DNA from: an uncultured Acidimicrobiales bacterium
GTDB lineage: Bacteria; Actinomycetota; Acidimicrobiia; Acidimicrobiales; DATKAS01
DNA: 64,000 bases
NCBI GenBank assembly: GCA_963726495.1
Contig: CAVSCP010000007.1
Span: 81,847-145,846 of the forward strand
Direction of reading: 5' to 3'
Shown here: in pieces, positions 44,075 to 54,846 of the stretch
Numbering within the stretch: the stretch's first letter is position 1
Layout: each line of letters begins with the position of its first letter
Notes under the pieces: generated by a model
What the model saw: only the letters and a program-made list of their open reading frames with translations
What the model was told of the DNA's origin: nothing
The model's database searches: none
Program-made: the position numbers and the translations under genes

Positions 44075-44608
44075 GCCATCCTCTGGTTGTTTGGCACCGT
44101 AGCCCGCCTGCCACATCGGCGCGAGGGTGGCGGAGGCAGGCCGCAGCGGTGCACGGGAGCGGCGGCACGATTCGCTCGGCTCACCGACACGATCATCGCA
44201 CCGCGAGGACCAGCTCCCCGTGCGCGTACCGCCTACGGAGACTGCCCGACCAGGCGGGGTACGGGACGGTCGAGGCTGCTCGCCGCGGTCAGCGGCGCCG
44301 GATGAGTGCTGAGCCCGGCCTCTTCCGAGGGTGCGCAGAGTGGTCCCCCAAATGCTGAGAGTGGTCTCCTACCGTTTGCTGGGTGCCGAGCAACTTCGTC
44401 ACCCGGAGCGAACGTTGTCCTCGACTGCAATCGCAGGAGCATTGTCGCCGCCGTCGAGCAGCTGCTGACTCAGCGCGGCGAGGTCATTGCGTCGACGGTG
44501 GTCGCAAAGGCCCGGTGTACGACCGAGGGGTGCGTCGGCGCACGGACGAAGCCGCGTTGGTCCGGAGCGACGTGTGGCAGAGCCCCCCACCTTCCTCCGG
44601 CCGAGTGC

Positions 44609-45522
44609 TCAGGCGAACGGCACGGCGAAGTCGCAGTAGGGGGCGCTCGTCTCAGTGACCGGCTCGCTCGCAAGGTAGGTGATTCGTACGCCGAGATCCT
44701 CAGGCTTGAGGGCGAGACTCTCAGGTTCGATCCCCTGCTCGACCGCCCAGGCGCGCAAAGCCTCCGACGTGCAGCTGCCATTGCGCGCCCGGGTTCCCAC
44801 TCGAGCCACCCGGTAGCGCGTCGTTCGGTAACGCGACGTACGACTCGCGATGTGCGGGTTCAGTCCGCAAGCTGAGTTCCGGGTAGTGCGATGAAAGTGC
44901 CTTCGCCCCTTCCTCAGGGACCGGCTTGCACCATTCAACGGGGCCGTCGCTGTCGGCGCTCACTTCACCCCAGTAGATGGAGAACATCGCGCCTTCTCGC
45001 CCGCTCATCTTCGGTAGCGGACGCTCGCGGAGGATCGCGATGAACTCCTTGCCGAGCGCCCAGGCGCCGTCTTCGTCGACGTTGCGCTTCAGGCAGAGCA
45101 AGCTCCGCTCCGGCATCTCTCGTGTGGCGACTTCGTACATGACGAACCTCTTTCCACTCAGTCGGTTGACGAGGTAGTCCGCGAGCTCTCGGCGCGCGTC
45201 GTGTGCGGAGTCGACCTCCCGCCAGTGCGCCGCGATCCGCGCCTGCGGCATCAACCGGATCGCGAACGAGCAGTTCCTTGATCGTGGCAAGCGGCAATTC
45301 GAGTTGACGCAACATCGCGACAAGGCGGGCTGCTTCGAGCTGAGTGACGTCGTAGTACCGATAGCCCGAGGCTTCGTCGACCCGCGCGGGAACCAGCACG
45401 CCGAGCTCGTCGTAGAGGCGGAGTGCCTTGACCGACAGACGCGACCGTCGTGCGAACTCGCCGATGCTGAGTTCTTCCACGTCTGACACTCCCTCGTCGT
45501 CGAGCTGGACAACCCGACGCAT
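44609..45522 (-). pseudogene. MerR family transcriptional regulator with a GyrI-like effector domain, several frame switches
   Basis: HTH LSIGEFARRSRLSVKALRLYDELGVL...YRYY, followed by GyrI-like pieces (FVMYEVATREMPE..., FSIYWGEVS...). The likely true start is GTG 45480. Confidence 0.7.
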
Positions 45523-45524
45523 CG

Positions 45525-45555
45525 AGTGTGCGGCCTCCCCACGGGGGAGAGTCAA
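45525..45555 (-). promoter_or_regulatory. MerR-type promoter: -35 TTGACT, 19-nt spacer containing a dyad, -10 CACACT
   Basis: The minus strand reads TTGACT-CTCCCCCGTGGGGAGGCCG-CACACT. The dyad CTCCCC-CGT-GGGGAG sits inside a 19-bp spacer, directly upstream of the merR-like gene. Confidence 0.5.
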
Positions 45556-45667
45556 GGCTCCCCGAGTGGCGAACGTTGCCTGACACGGCACGAGAACCCG
45601 CGGTGAGCACTCTGTGACCAATGGGGCCACCAGGCCCGATCCGACCGCATCGCTTCAGGTCAATCGC

Positions 45668-45689
45668 GTGCGCCCCCTGGGATTCGAAC
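45668..45689 (-). repeat. 22-nt exact copy of the 3' end of tRNA-Lys (att-like direct repeat)
   Basis: GTGCGCCCCCTGGGATTCGAAC is identical to 47370-47391 in the same orientation. The flanking sequence cannot form a T-stem or acceptor stem, so this is not a tRNA. Confidence 0.8.
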
Positions 45690-46134
45690 TCTACGGGAGC
45701 TGTCTCAAGCCATAGCGACAAGTGCTCGTTCGGCACGTCTGATCTGCTCGATCTGACTCGTTGGGTACGGCCTGTGTCAGAGCGTGCGGTCGAATGATGA
45801 AGGGTCTTGTGACCACTGTGTGACCACGCAGGCTCTCGGCTCAGCGGCTCACCCTGTCGTCCTCGCCTCGTGTCGGGCGTGTCGCCGGTCGGTCACCTCA
45901 CGGATCGGCCGGTGGCCGTGCGGCGGAGCAGCCGATAGTGCTCGAAACGGATGCGACACAGCTCGCCGTCGGGCCATTTGGTGTTTCAAGTGGGTGGCGG
46001 ACCGCTGTGGGGCGGTCGCTGAAAGGGCGGGCCGGATGCCTCGACACCGTCTCCCACCGATCGAGTTCGAGCCCGCCGACGACGGCCCGTGGAATGATCG
46101 ACCGTGTGCAGCCGAGACCGACGGAGAGGAGCTC

Positions 46135-47332
46135 ATGAGCGAGCTCCCTGTCGGGATCGTCGGCGGCGGCATCCTCGGACTCGCCATCGGGCGTGAGCTC
46201 ACCCGACGCTTTCCGGGCATGCAGGTGCAGGTCTTCGAGAAGGAACAGCATCTCGCCGCTCACCAGACGGGCCACAACTCTGGCGTCGTGCACGCCGGGA
46301 TCTACTACAAGCCCGGCAGCCTCAAGGCCCAGCTGTGCACCCGTGGCCGCCAACTGATGCGCGACTTCTGCCGTGCCCGCGGGTTGCCGTACGAGGAGTG
46401 CGGCAAGCTGGTCGTAGCCCTCGACGAAACGGAGGTCAGCCGACTCGACGCCCTCGAGGTGACCGCGCGAGAACGGAGTCCCCGGGCTCGCCCGCGTCGA
46501 GCGATCCGACATCACTGACATCGAGCCGAACGCTGTTGGTTTGGTGGCACTGCACTCGCCCGCCACGGCCATCACCGACTACGTCGCGATCGCCCACGCG
46601 TTCGCTGCCGACATCGAGGCGGCCGGCGGCACGATCATGCGCTCTGCCGCGGTCACCTCGATCGATCGGCGCAGCGACGCTATCCATGTGACCGCATCCA
46701 CCGGCGTCCATCGTGTCCACCGACTCGTCGTGTGCGCCGGGCTCCACGCCGATCGCGTCTCGCGCCCGGCCGACGGGGAGTCCGGGCCGCGGATCGTGCC
46801 CTTTCGTGGCGAGTACCTGACTGTGAAGCCGGAGAAGCGCGACCTCGTCCGCGGGCTCATCTATCCGGTACCCGATCCGCGCTACCCGTTCCTGGGCGTG
46901 CACTTCACGTGCCGGGTGTCCGGCCACGTCGAGGTTGGTCCCAACGCGGTGCTCGCGTTTCGGCGAGAGGGCTACCGGCGTTCCGACATCCGGATCGGAG
47001 ACATGCGCGACATCGTGACGTGGCCGGGGTTCTGGCGTATGGCGCGTCGGCACTGGCGCACAGGCATCACGGAGATGCACTCCTCACTCTCGATCAAGGC
47101 CTACATGCGGACTGCGAGCCGCTATGTGCCCGAGATCGGTGCGGAGGACGTCGTCCGCTCTGGCTCCGGCGTGCGGGCCCAGGCGGTCGATCGAGACGGT
47201 TCGCTCGTCGACGACTTCCGCATCAACGACAACGACCGCATCGTCACGATTCGAAACGCCCCATCGCCCGCGGCGACGTCCAGCTTGGCCATCGCGGAAT
47301 TCGTGCTCGACCGTATTGGATTCGTTCGTTGA
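46135..47332 (+). pseudogene. lhgO: L-2-hydroxyglutarate oxidase/dehydrogenase (FAD-dependent), one frame switch
   Basis: GIVGGGILGLA FAD motif, AAHQTGHNSGVVHAGIYYKPGS, and C-terminal IRNAPSPAATSSLAIAE. Switch near 46480. Confidence 0.7.
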
Positions 47333-47370
47333 CGCCCGCCGGCGTCACCGGCGACGGATCTGACCCAGTG

Positions 47371-47442
47371 TGCGCCCCCTGGGATTCGAACCCAGAACCT
47401 GCGGATTAAGAGTCCGTTGCTCTGCCATTGAGCTAGAGGCGC
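47371..47442 (-). tRNA. tRNA-Lys (anticodon CTT)
   Basis: Cloverleaf folded by hand: acceptor GCGCCTC/GGGGCGC, D arm GCTC/GAGC, anticodon loop CTCTTAA, T arm CTGGG-TTCGAAT-CCCAG. Confidence 0.9.
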
Positions 47443-47448
47443 GTGCCG

Positions 47449-48147
47449 CTACGCGGCCGGGAGATCGTAGGCGATCGTCGACTTCACTTCGGGGGCGTTG
47501 GCGGCGCGGGCACCACCGGCGCGGGGACGACGACCTGCGGCACGGTGACCGGAGGGACGTTCACATCGATCTTCGGCGCGGTCACCGGGGAGACGTTCAC
47601 GTCGATCTTCGGCACCGTGACCCGCGTGACCGAGGGCGCGGTGGTCGGCGCGAGCGTCGTCGGGGGCGCGGTGGTCGTGGGAGCAGCAGTGGTCGTCGGC
47701 GCGAGCGTGGTGGCCGGGCTCGTCTGCGGCGCGCTGTCGACGATGGGATCGTCCGGCTGCGAGCGCGTCGCCCGTCGCGCACCTCGACCGTCGACGCGGC
47801 TGAGTCCTGGCGGTTCTCGGCCGCGGGCGTCGACATGGTGTCGCCGGGCACCGCCGCGGGGTCTCCGGTGCTCGAGCTCCATCGTCGTCGACCGCGCCCG
47901 CACTCGCCGCGCCCGCACTCGCCGCGGCTGCGCCTGCATCGATGCCAGCCTCGACGTGCTCGGCAAGGACGCGAGTCTCAGGGTCCGTCGTCGTGGCGTT
48001 GGTCGTCGTCGTGTCTTCGATCGCGTCGGTGACGATTGGCGCGGTCGTCTCGACCGCCGTCTCGGTGTGCGGATGACCGACCGACGTGAGGGCCGCGATG
48101 GCCGCGATCACGCCGGCTCCGATCAAGAAGCCGCGCGGGGTTTGCAC
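47449..48147 (-). pseudogene. membrane-anchored Thr/Pro/Ala-rich low-complexity protein, frame switches
   Basis: N-terminal anchor MQTPRGFLIGAGVIAAIAALTS. The C-terminal part, in a second frame, has TTAAPTTTAPPTT and repeated V(T)xPKIDVNVxPVT units. Confidence 0.35.
47544..47615. repeat. 2 x 36-nt tandem repeat inside the low-complexity gene
   Basis: GGTGACCGGAGGGACGTTCACATCGATCTTCGGCGC and GGTCACCGGGGAGACGTTCACGTCGATCTTCGGCAC. Confidence 0.7.
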
Positions 48148-48212
48148 TACTCGTCCTCCAGACGCATCGCCAAGCCGTTGGACGTCGCCGCCCGGGCCCG
48201 CGGTTCCCGAGG

Positions 48213-49118
48213 TCAGCTGGCTCGGGACCGTCCCGTGATCCAGGCGCCCGACAGCACGACTGCGGTGCCGGCGATCGCCAACGGGGCAATGTGATCATTG
48301 CGGAAGACCGCCCCCAGAATGATCGCGACCACGGGAATTACATAGGTCGTGATCGAGGCTCGAGTGCTGCCGACCCTCCCGACCAGGGTGCCCATTGCGA
48401 CATATGCCACACCCGTGCCGAGCGCACCGAGCGCCATGCACGCCAGCAGCGGGCGCCACGCAAACGACGAGTCATCCAAGCCCGCGAGGCCGAGCGGCAA
48501 TGTGAGCACCCATCCCACCGCGAGCGCTCTCCAGATCACGGGAAGCGAGCCGTATCGCTGCTGGAGGGGGACCTGCACGTTGTAGGCGACGCCGTAAGAG
48601 CACAGGGCGATGAGGATCAAGACGATCCCGCCGAGTGAGCTCGACGCCTCATCGACCGAGGCGAGGCCGATCAAGAGCACGCCGACGAACCCGACTCCGA
48701 GGCCGATGAGCTGCTGGCGCGGCGGGAGCTTTTGGAGCATCAACGTCGCAACCGCGGCCGCGAAGAGCGGCGTCGCGCCGTTGAGCATCCCTGTCACCGC
48801 GGACGACACGTGGCGCTCGGCCAACGGGAACATCGACAAGGGGATCGCGACCCACGTGATGCCGACGAGCACGAGCCGCGGCCAATCGGCGCGCGCGATC
48901 GATCGCCGAGTCGCGGGCAGGAAGGCGAGCAGCCCGAAGCCGAACGTGATCCGCAGCGTGGTGATCAACGACGGATCGAACGCGTCGAGCCCGATCGCGA
49001 TGAAGAGGAACGACGCGCCCCAGATCCCGCCCGCCGTGCACAGCAGTCCCCAGTCGAGCGGTGCGAACGCACCGGTGTTCGTGCCCTCGGCTGTCGTCAG
49101 CAGTCGGGGCCGGGACAT
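48213..49118 (-). CDS. EamA/DMT-family transporter
   Basis: Intact from ATG 49118. About 10 hydrophobic segments in two EamA-like halves. Confidence 0.7.
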   Translation of the reverse strand: MSRPRLLTTAEGTNTGAFAPLDWGLLCTAGGIWGASFLFIAIGLDAFDPSLITTLRITFGFGLLAFLPATRRSIARADWPRLVLVGITWVAIPLSMFPLAERHVSSAVTGMLNGATPLFAAAVATLMLQKLPPRQQLIGLGVGFVGVLLIGLASVDEASSSLGGIVLILIALCSYGVAYNVQVPLQQRYGSLPVIWRALAVGWVLTLPLGLAGLDDSSFAWRPLLACMALGALGTGVAYVAMGTLVGRVGSTRASITTYVIPVVAIILGAVFRNDHIAPLAIAGTAVVLSGAWITGRSRAS

Positions 49119-49250
49119 CCGGACGACGGTATCGGCCGCAAGCGCGAGTTCTGGCGAGTTTCGGTCACCGCACTCGTCGGGTGGTGCGGTCACGATCGTC
49201 GTGCGCGGGCAGCTGGTGCGGCGGGGTGCAGTGGCCGACGCAGCGTGACT

Positions 49251-49328
49251 TGGGGTGACCGAGGGGACTTGAACCCCCGACCTCCAGGGCCACAACCTGG
49301 CGCTCTAACCAACTGAGCTACGGCCACC
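49251..49328 (-). tRNA. tRNA-His (anticodon GTG) with G-1 and encoded CCA
   Basis: G-GTGGCCG...CCAGG-TTGTGGC-CCTGG...GGGGG-TTCAAGT-CCCCT-CGGTCAC-C-CCA. Confidence 0.9.
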
Positions 49329-49337
49329 AAGGGGTTG

Positions 49338-49808
49338 TCAGTCTGGCATAGGCGGCGGTCGATGCTCGTCGAGAACAAAGGCCGTCTGCGTCGAGCGCAC
49401 CTCGGGCATGGCTTGGAGCCGCTCGAGCACCACGTCTCTGAGGGTCTGCATGTCGGGCACGCGGACCAGCAGGCAGAAGTCGAAGGTGCCGGTCGTGACG
49501 GCGAGATGCTCGAGTCCGGGGAGGTCGAGGAGCTTGTGCTGCAGCGCCTTCCAGCCGTGCTGGTCGGCGTTGACGAAGATCAGCGCGGCGATCTCGAGGC
49601 CCACCTTGCTCGGGTTCACTCGGGCGGTGAAGCCCTCGATCACACCCGCGGTGCGGAGGCGCTCGAGCCGGCTGTACGCGCTGGCGCGGGAGATGTTCAC
49701 TCGTCCGGCCAGCTCGTTCACCGACATGCGGCCGTCCGCCGTCAGCAGCCGGATGATCGTGCGGTCGGTCGCGTCGAGCGGCCGGCCCGGTGTCGCCTCG
49801 TCAGCCAC
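49338..49808 (-). CDS. Lrp/AsnC family transcriptional regulator
   Basis: Intact 156-aa ORF. LDATDRTIIRLLTADGRMSVNELAGRVNISRASAYSRLERL plus an AsnC-type ligand domain. Confidence 0.85.
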   Translation of the reverse strand: MADEATPGRPLDATDRTIIRLLTADGRMSVNELAGRVNISRASAYSRLERLRTAGVIEGFTARVNPSKVGLEIAALIFVNADQHGWKALQHKLLDLPGLEHLAVTTGTFDFCLLVRVPDMQTLRDVVLERLQAMPEVRSTQTAFVLDEHRPPPMPD

Positions 49809-50608
49809 GGGCCGCGTCGAAGTACCGCGTCAGCTCCTCGGAGACCTGGGCCATCGACTCGGCCGCGAAGAGCACCGGCTGGAACGTCGTGATGTCGTAG
49901 TCCTGCGTCTCCATCGCGCGGATGTCGAACGGGCGGACCTCCGCGTGCCGGTACGCGTCGAGCTCGCCGAACGACGAGAGGATGCCGGCGCCGTAGGTCT
50001 TGAGGTCGCCGCGCTCACGCACCAACCCGAACTCGAGCGTGAACCACCACACGCGGCTCAATCGATCGAGCGCCTCGTCAGACTCGACGCGGCGCACCGC
50101 ACGCCCCATCGCTTCGTAGAGGTTCGCGAACAGCGGGTGGCCCAGCTGGTTCGTGTGCCCGATGACTTCGTGGATGACGTCGGGCTCGGGCGTGTACAGA
50201 GGCACCGACGGGTGGCGCACGTACTGCGTGCTCAGGAAGCAGCGGTCCGCGAGCGATCCGTAGAAGCGGCGAGTCGGCACGAGGCCGGGCACGGGCTCGA
50301 CGCGAAAGCTCGTGAGCGCCGTGAGGCGCTTCGACACCCAGGCGAGCTGCGGGACGCGATCCGTGGGCAGCGAGACGCGCTGCCGCTCCTTCGAGGTACG
50401 CGTCGCACGCGTCACGACGGTGCTTGGCGGCGAGCTCGCTCGACACCAGACGCCAGACGCCGTCCTCCTCATCCGTGTAGCGGACGACGGGGATCGGCTC
50501 GCCGGTGTGGAACGTCTCACCGATGCGCGCGATCTCCTCGCGGCGAGCGCGGTACACGGGATCGGTGAGGCCCGGATGTTGTTCGGTGACCGAAGGGGCG
50601 AGAGCCAT
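49801..50608 (-). pseudogene. phhA: phenylalanine 4-monooxygenase, one frame switch
   Basis: PEPDVIHEVIGH, WWFTLEFGL and YGAGILSSFGE. The N-terminal ~70 aa are in the ORF 50078-52345 frame, with the switch near 50390. Confidence 0.8.
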
Positions 50609-50845
50609 GGCGGGGCCTCCTTTCGACGTCTTGCCCATGATGCCCTGGCGGCGGCGAATGCAGCCATCCGGCTTCAGAATCCGCGACAGAGCGGTCGTGT
50701 CGGCGGGCGCCGGGGGCAATACGTCCAAGGGCCGTGAGTCCTTCGCCCGGCCTCGCTGGACGGATCTGGACCTTCGACAGAGGGCCTCGCCGCGTAGGCT
50801 GAAGCCTCTCGGCGGCGCATCGGCCGGCGGGTCATCAGTTGGGAA

Positions 50846-52231
50846 GTGGTACCCATGTCCTCGCCCACCCGCGACCGGGCAGCCCTTGCTGCCCGTGCCC
50901 GCCAGATCACTGAGCGGGAGCTGGAGGCGTATTCGGCGAGAACGACGAAATCCCAGGCTGCGAACGCGCGTGCAGCCAAGGTGCTGCCCCTGGGAGTGCC
51001 CTCGTCGTTCCAGTTCTACGACCCCTATCCCGTGGTCGCCCGTCGAGCTCAGGGTTCCTGGCTCGAGGACGTCGACGGCAACCGCTACGTCGACTTCAAC
51101 ATGGGCTACGGCGCGCTGTTCGCGGGCCATGGCCATCCCGTCATGCGCAAGGCCATCGAGGAGCAGCTCGAGAACGGCACGCTCTACGTGACGCCGAACG
51201 AAGGCAACGCGGACGTCGCGGAGCTGCTCGTCGAGCGGTTCGGCTTCGACCTCGTGCGATTCACGAACAGCGGCACCGAGGCGACGATGGACGCGATCCG
51301 CGCCGCGCGTGGCTACACGGGTCGCTCGAAGATCATCAAGGTCGAAGGTGGCTATCACGGCCATCACGACGAGGTGATGGTCTCGATGAAGCCGTCGCTC
51401 GACGTCGCCGGTCCCGCGGATGCGCCGGTCGGCGTGCCTGCGACGAGCGGCCTCACGCCCGCGGTGCTGCACGACACGCTCGTCGTCCCGTTCAACAACA
51501 TCGCAGCGCTCGAGCGCGTGCTCGAGGCCAATCGGGGCGAGGTCGCCGCGTTCATCCTCGAGCCGGTGATGGAGAACATCGGCATCTGCCTGCCCGAGCC
51601 TGGCTACCTCGAAGCAGTGCGCGAGGTCACCGAGCGCCACGGCACGATGCTCATCTTCGACGAGGTCAAGACCGGCATCACCGCCGGGTATGGCGGCGCC
51701 ACGCGCAAGTTCGGCGTGCAACCCGACCTCGTGTGCCTCGCGAAGTCGATCGGTGGAGGTCTCCCGATCGGTGCGTTCGGTGGCCGCGCCGAGGTGATGG
51801 AGACCATCACGCAGGGCTCGGTGCTGCACCTCGGCACCTACAACGGCAACCCGCTCGTGATGGCCGCGGCCCGCGCGGTGCTGCGCGACATCTGCACGCC
51901 GGCGGCAGTGGCAGAGGTCGAGGCTCGGAACCACCGGATGGTCGAGTCGTTCGGGAAGATCGTCGCCGACGCCGGCCTTCCCGCGCACACCGTCGAGATG
52001 GGCGCGAAGGGTTGCGTCACCTACTCGCCCACCCCGGTGCGCAACTACCGCGACTACAAGGCCACCGACATGGACCTCGCCTACGCGAACTGGATCTGGG
52101 GCATCAACCGCGGCATCTTGCTGCCGCCCGGTCTGGACGAGCAGTGGCTGGTCTCGGTGCAGCACACCGACGCGGACATCGATCGCCACACGCAGGTCTA
52201 CGAGGACTTCGTGTCCGCGCTCGTCGCCTGA
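50846..52231 (+). CDS. class III (glutamate-1-semialdehyde aminomutase-like) pyridoxal-phosphate aminotransferase
   Basis: Intact 461-aa ORF. Contains FTNSGTEATMDAIR, IFDEVKTG and LAKSIGGGLP. Confidence 0.8.
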   Translation: MVPMSSPTRDRAALAARARQITERELEAYSARTTKSQAANARAAKVLPLGVPSSFQFYDPYPVVARRAQGSWLEDVDGNRYVDFNMGYGALFAGHGHPVMRKAIEEQLENGTLYVTPNEGNADVAELLVERFGFDLVRFTNSGTEATMDAIRAARGYTGRSKIIKVEGGYHGHHDEVMVSMKPSLDVAGPADAPVGVPATSGLTPAVLHDTLVVPFNNIAALERVLEANRGEVAAFILEPVMENIGICLPEPGYLEAVREVTERHGTMLIFDEVKTGITAGYGGATRKFGVQPDLVCLAKSIGGGLPIGAFGGRAEVMETITQGSVLHLGTYNGNPLVMAAARAVLRDICTPAAVAEVEARNHRMVESFGKIVADAGLPAHTVEMGAKGCVTYSPTPVRNYRDYKATDMDLAYANWIWGINRGILLPPGLDEQWLVSVQHTDADIDRHTQVYEDFVSALVA

Positions 52232-52259
52232 CGATGGCACGAAGGTCGCACGGCGAGCG

Positions 52260-53160
52260 ATGCGGCCCCGATCGGGCACGCGGTTCGGCGTGCTCGCGGT
52301 CCTCGCCGCGACGACGTGCTGGGGACTCGGCGGAGTCCTCGGCAAGGCGATCGGCGCGTCGGGCCTCGTCGTGAGCTTCTACCGACTGTGGATGGGCGGC
52401 GCGCTGCTCACGGCCGCGCTGCTCGTGACGAAGCGGCGCCTCTCGTGGGACGTGATCAAGCGCTCGTGGTTGGGCGGCGTGTGCTTCGGCCTCAACGTCG
52501 CGCTCTACTTCACGTCGGTGCGTATGACCTCGATCGCGAACGTCGCGATCATCGGGTCGCTGACGCCCGTCATCGTGTTCCCCGTCGCCGTGAAGTTCAT
52601 GGGGGAGAAGGTCACGCGCCGGGCGATCGTGCTGCTCGACGCTCGCGATCGTCGGCGTGGTGGTCGTCGTGCTCGCGGGCGGGAGCGGCGGCGATCGGTC
52701 GACGGCCGGCGACCTGCTCGCCGTCCTGAACCTCGCCTCGTGGGCCGCGTTCTTCCTCGTCACGAAGCACGCCCGAAAGGGCATCGGCACGCTCGAGTAC
52801 ATGTCGGCGATGACGCTCGTCGCCGCGCTCACCGTGACGCCGATCGCGCTGCTCACCCATCAGGACTTCGGTTCTGTGCACGGCGTCGGCTGGCTCTGGC
52901 TCGTGTTGCTCGTGCTCATCCCGGGCGCGGCGGGCCACGGGCTGATGACGTGGGCGCACGCACACGTCGACGTGTCGACGTCGTCGGTGCTCACGCTGGG
53001 CGAGCCGGTGCTCGCGACGATCGGAGCCGCGGTCTTCCTCGGCGAGTCGCTCAACGCGGTGCAGGCGCTCGGCATGGGCGTCGTGGTCGTCGCGCTCGCA
53101 GTGCTCGCGATGGCCGAGGCGCCGACGGTCGAGACCGAACCCGTCGCCGCCTCCACCTGA
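52260..53160 (+). pseudogene. EamA/DMT-family transporter, one frame switch
   Basis: Two EamA-like hydrophobic halves in ORFs 52260-... and 52657-53160. Switch near 52630. Confidence 0.65.
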
Positions 53161-53189
53161 GCTGGTTCTCTTGGCGCGAGCAGTGCGGT

Positions 53190-54796
53190 CTACGAGACGT
53201 ACGCCAGAATTTCGGCGGGGGGTTCGAGGTGGTCGGTCACCTTGCAGTCGTCGCCGAACACGAGGAAGCGGTCGAAGCCGCGCATGAACCAGCGGTCGTG
53301 GGTGACCGCGATGACCGTGCCCTCGAACTCGGAGAGGCCGTCTTCGAGCGCTTCGGCCGATGCGAGGTCGAGGTTGTCGGTCGGCTCGTCGAGCAGGAGG
53401 AGCGTGGCGCCGTCGAGCTCGAGCAGCAGCACTTGGAAGCGCGCTTGCTGTCCGCCCGACAGGGTCTCGAACGGCTGGTCCGCGCAACCCTGCAGCTCGT
53501 AGCGGCGGAGGCGGCTCATCGCGGGGCCGCGTGCTTGGTCGCGGCTCTGCAAGATCTCGGCGAGCGAGCGGCCGGCGAGCTCGGGATGGTCGTGGGTCTG
53601 GCTGAAGAAGCCCGGGCACGACGTTCGCGCCGAGGCGCCAGTCGCCGTGATGGCCGATCTCGCGGCCGGCGAGCAGGTGGAGGAAGTGGCTCTTGCCGGT
53701 GCCGTTCGGCCCGACGACCGCGACGCGCTCGCCGAACCAGAGCTCGGCGTCGAACGGATCGGTGAGCCCGTCGAGCTCGAGACCTTCGAGGACGACAGCG
53801 CGCTTGCCGGTGCGGGCTCCACCGAGCCGCATCGTGATCTTCTGATCCTTCACTCGCTCCGGCGGCGGACCGGCCTCGTCGAAGTGGCGCAGGCGGCTCT
53901 CTGCAGCCTTGGCCTTGGGCGCGAAGTTGTCGGCGAACGACGCGCGCCGCTTCATCTCCTTCATGATCGCCTCGAGGCGATCGCGCTCACGCTGGTGCCG
54001 CGTGTACTCGTCGTCGATGCGCGCCCGTCGAGCGTCACGCGCTTCGTAGTAGGTGGCGAACGACGCGCCGTGCGTCCACGCGCCGCTGGCCTCGAGCGTC
54101 ACGATCTTGGTCGCGGTGCCGGCGAGGAGCTCGCGGTCGTGGCTGACGTAGAGGATCGTCTTCGAAGTCGCTCGCAGCTGCTGCTCGAGCCGGCGCTTCG
54201 CGGGGATGTCGAGGAAGTTGTCGGGCTCGTCGAGCAGGAGCACGTCGTCGGAGCCGCGGAGCAGCACCTCGAGCGCGAGTCGCTTCTGCTCGCCGCCCGA
54301 GAGTGACGGCGACCGGACGCTCGCCGACCTGGCCGAGGTCGACGCCGAACGCCTCGGTGAGGCAGACGTCCCAGAAGACCTCGGCGTCGTATCCGCCGGC
54401 GTCGCCCCACGCGCCGAGCGCGTGCGCGTACTGCAGCGCGATGTCGTTGTCGTTCGGACGTTCGGCGACTGCGTGCTCAGCGGCGGCGAGCTTCGCCGCG
54501 GCGGCGCGCAACGGCGGCGCTGCAAGCGCCACGAGGAACGCGCGCACGGTCGTGTCGTCGCGGATCGATCCGACGAGCTGGCGCATGACGCCGGCCCGGC
54601 CGTCGATCCGCACGGTCCCTTCGGTCGCCTTCGTGTCGCCGGCGAGGACGCGCAGCACGGTCGACTTGCCGACGCCGTTCGCGCCGACGAGTGCAACTCG
54701 CTCGCCGTTGCCGACGCGGAACGAGACGTCGTGGAACAGGCGATGTCCGCTGCCCGGGCGCTTCCACGCCAGGCCCTGCACGTCGATCGCGCCCAC
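53190..54796 (-). pseudogene. ABC-F family ATPase (two ABC domains, no membrane domain), at least 2 frame switches
   Basis: Two Walker A motifs (GANGVGKST, GPNGTGKSH), two signatures (LSGGEQKR, LSGGQQAR), and a linker region. Confidence 0.8.
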
Positions 54797-54846
54797 GGGG
54801 AGGCAACGCTACGTGCTCGCCGAGCCGGCGCCGACCGCCGATTTGC

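Noticed and set aside
44075-44608. A ~530-nt stretch without a convincing gene; checked by eye for RNase P, tmRNA, SRP and 6C-type motifs.
   Set aside because: I found none of the conserved signature strings I know for these RNAs. ORF 44306-44875 is partly antisense to the merR-like gene and has no recognisable motif.
45668-45740. Possible second tRNA-Lys gene at the 22-nt repeat.
   Set aside because: Beyond the shared 22 nt, the sequence cannot form the T stem (TAGAG versus CCCAG) or an acceptor stem. It is only a 3'-end fragment.
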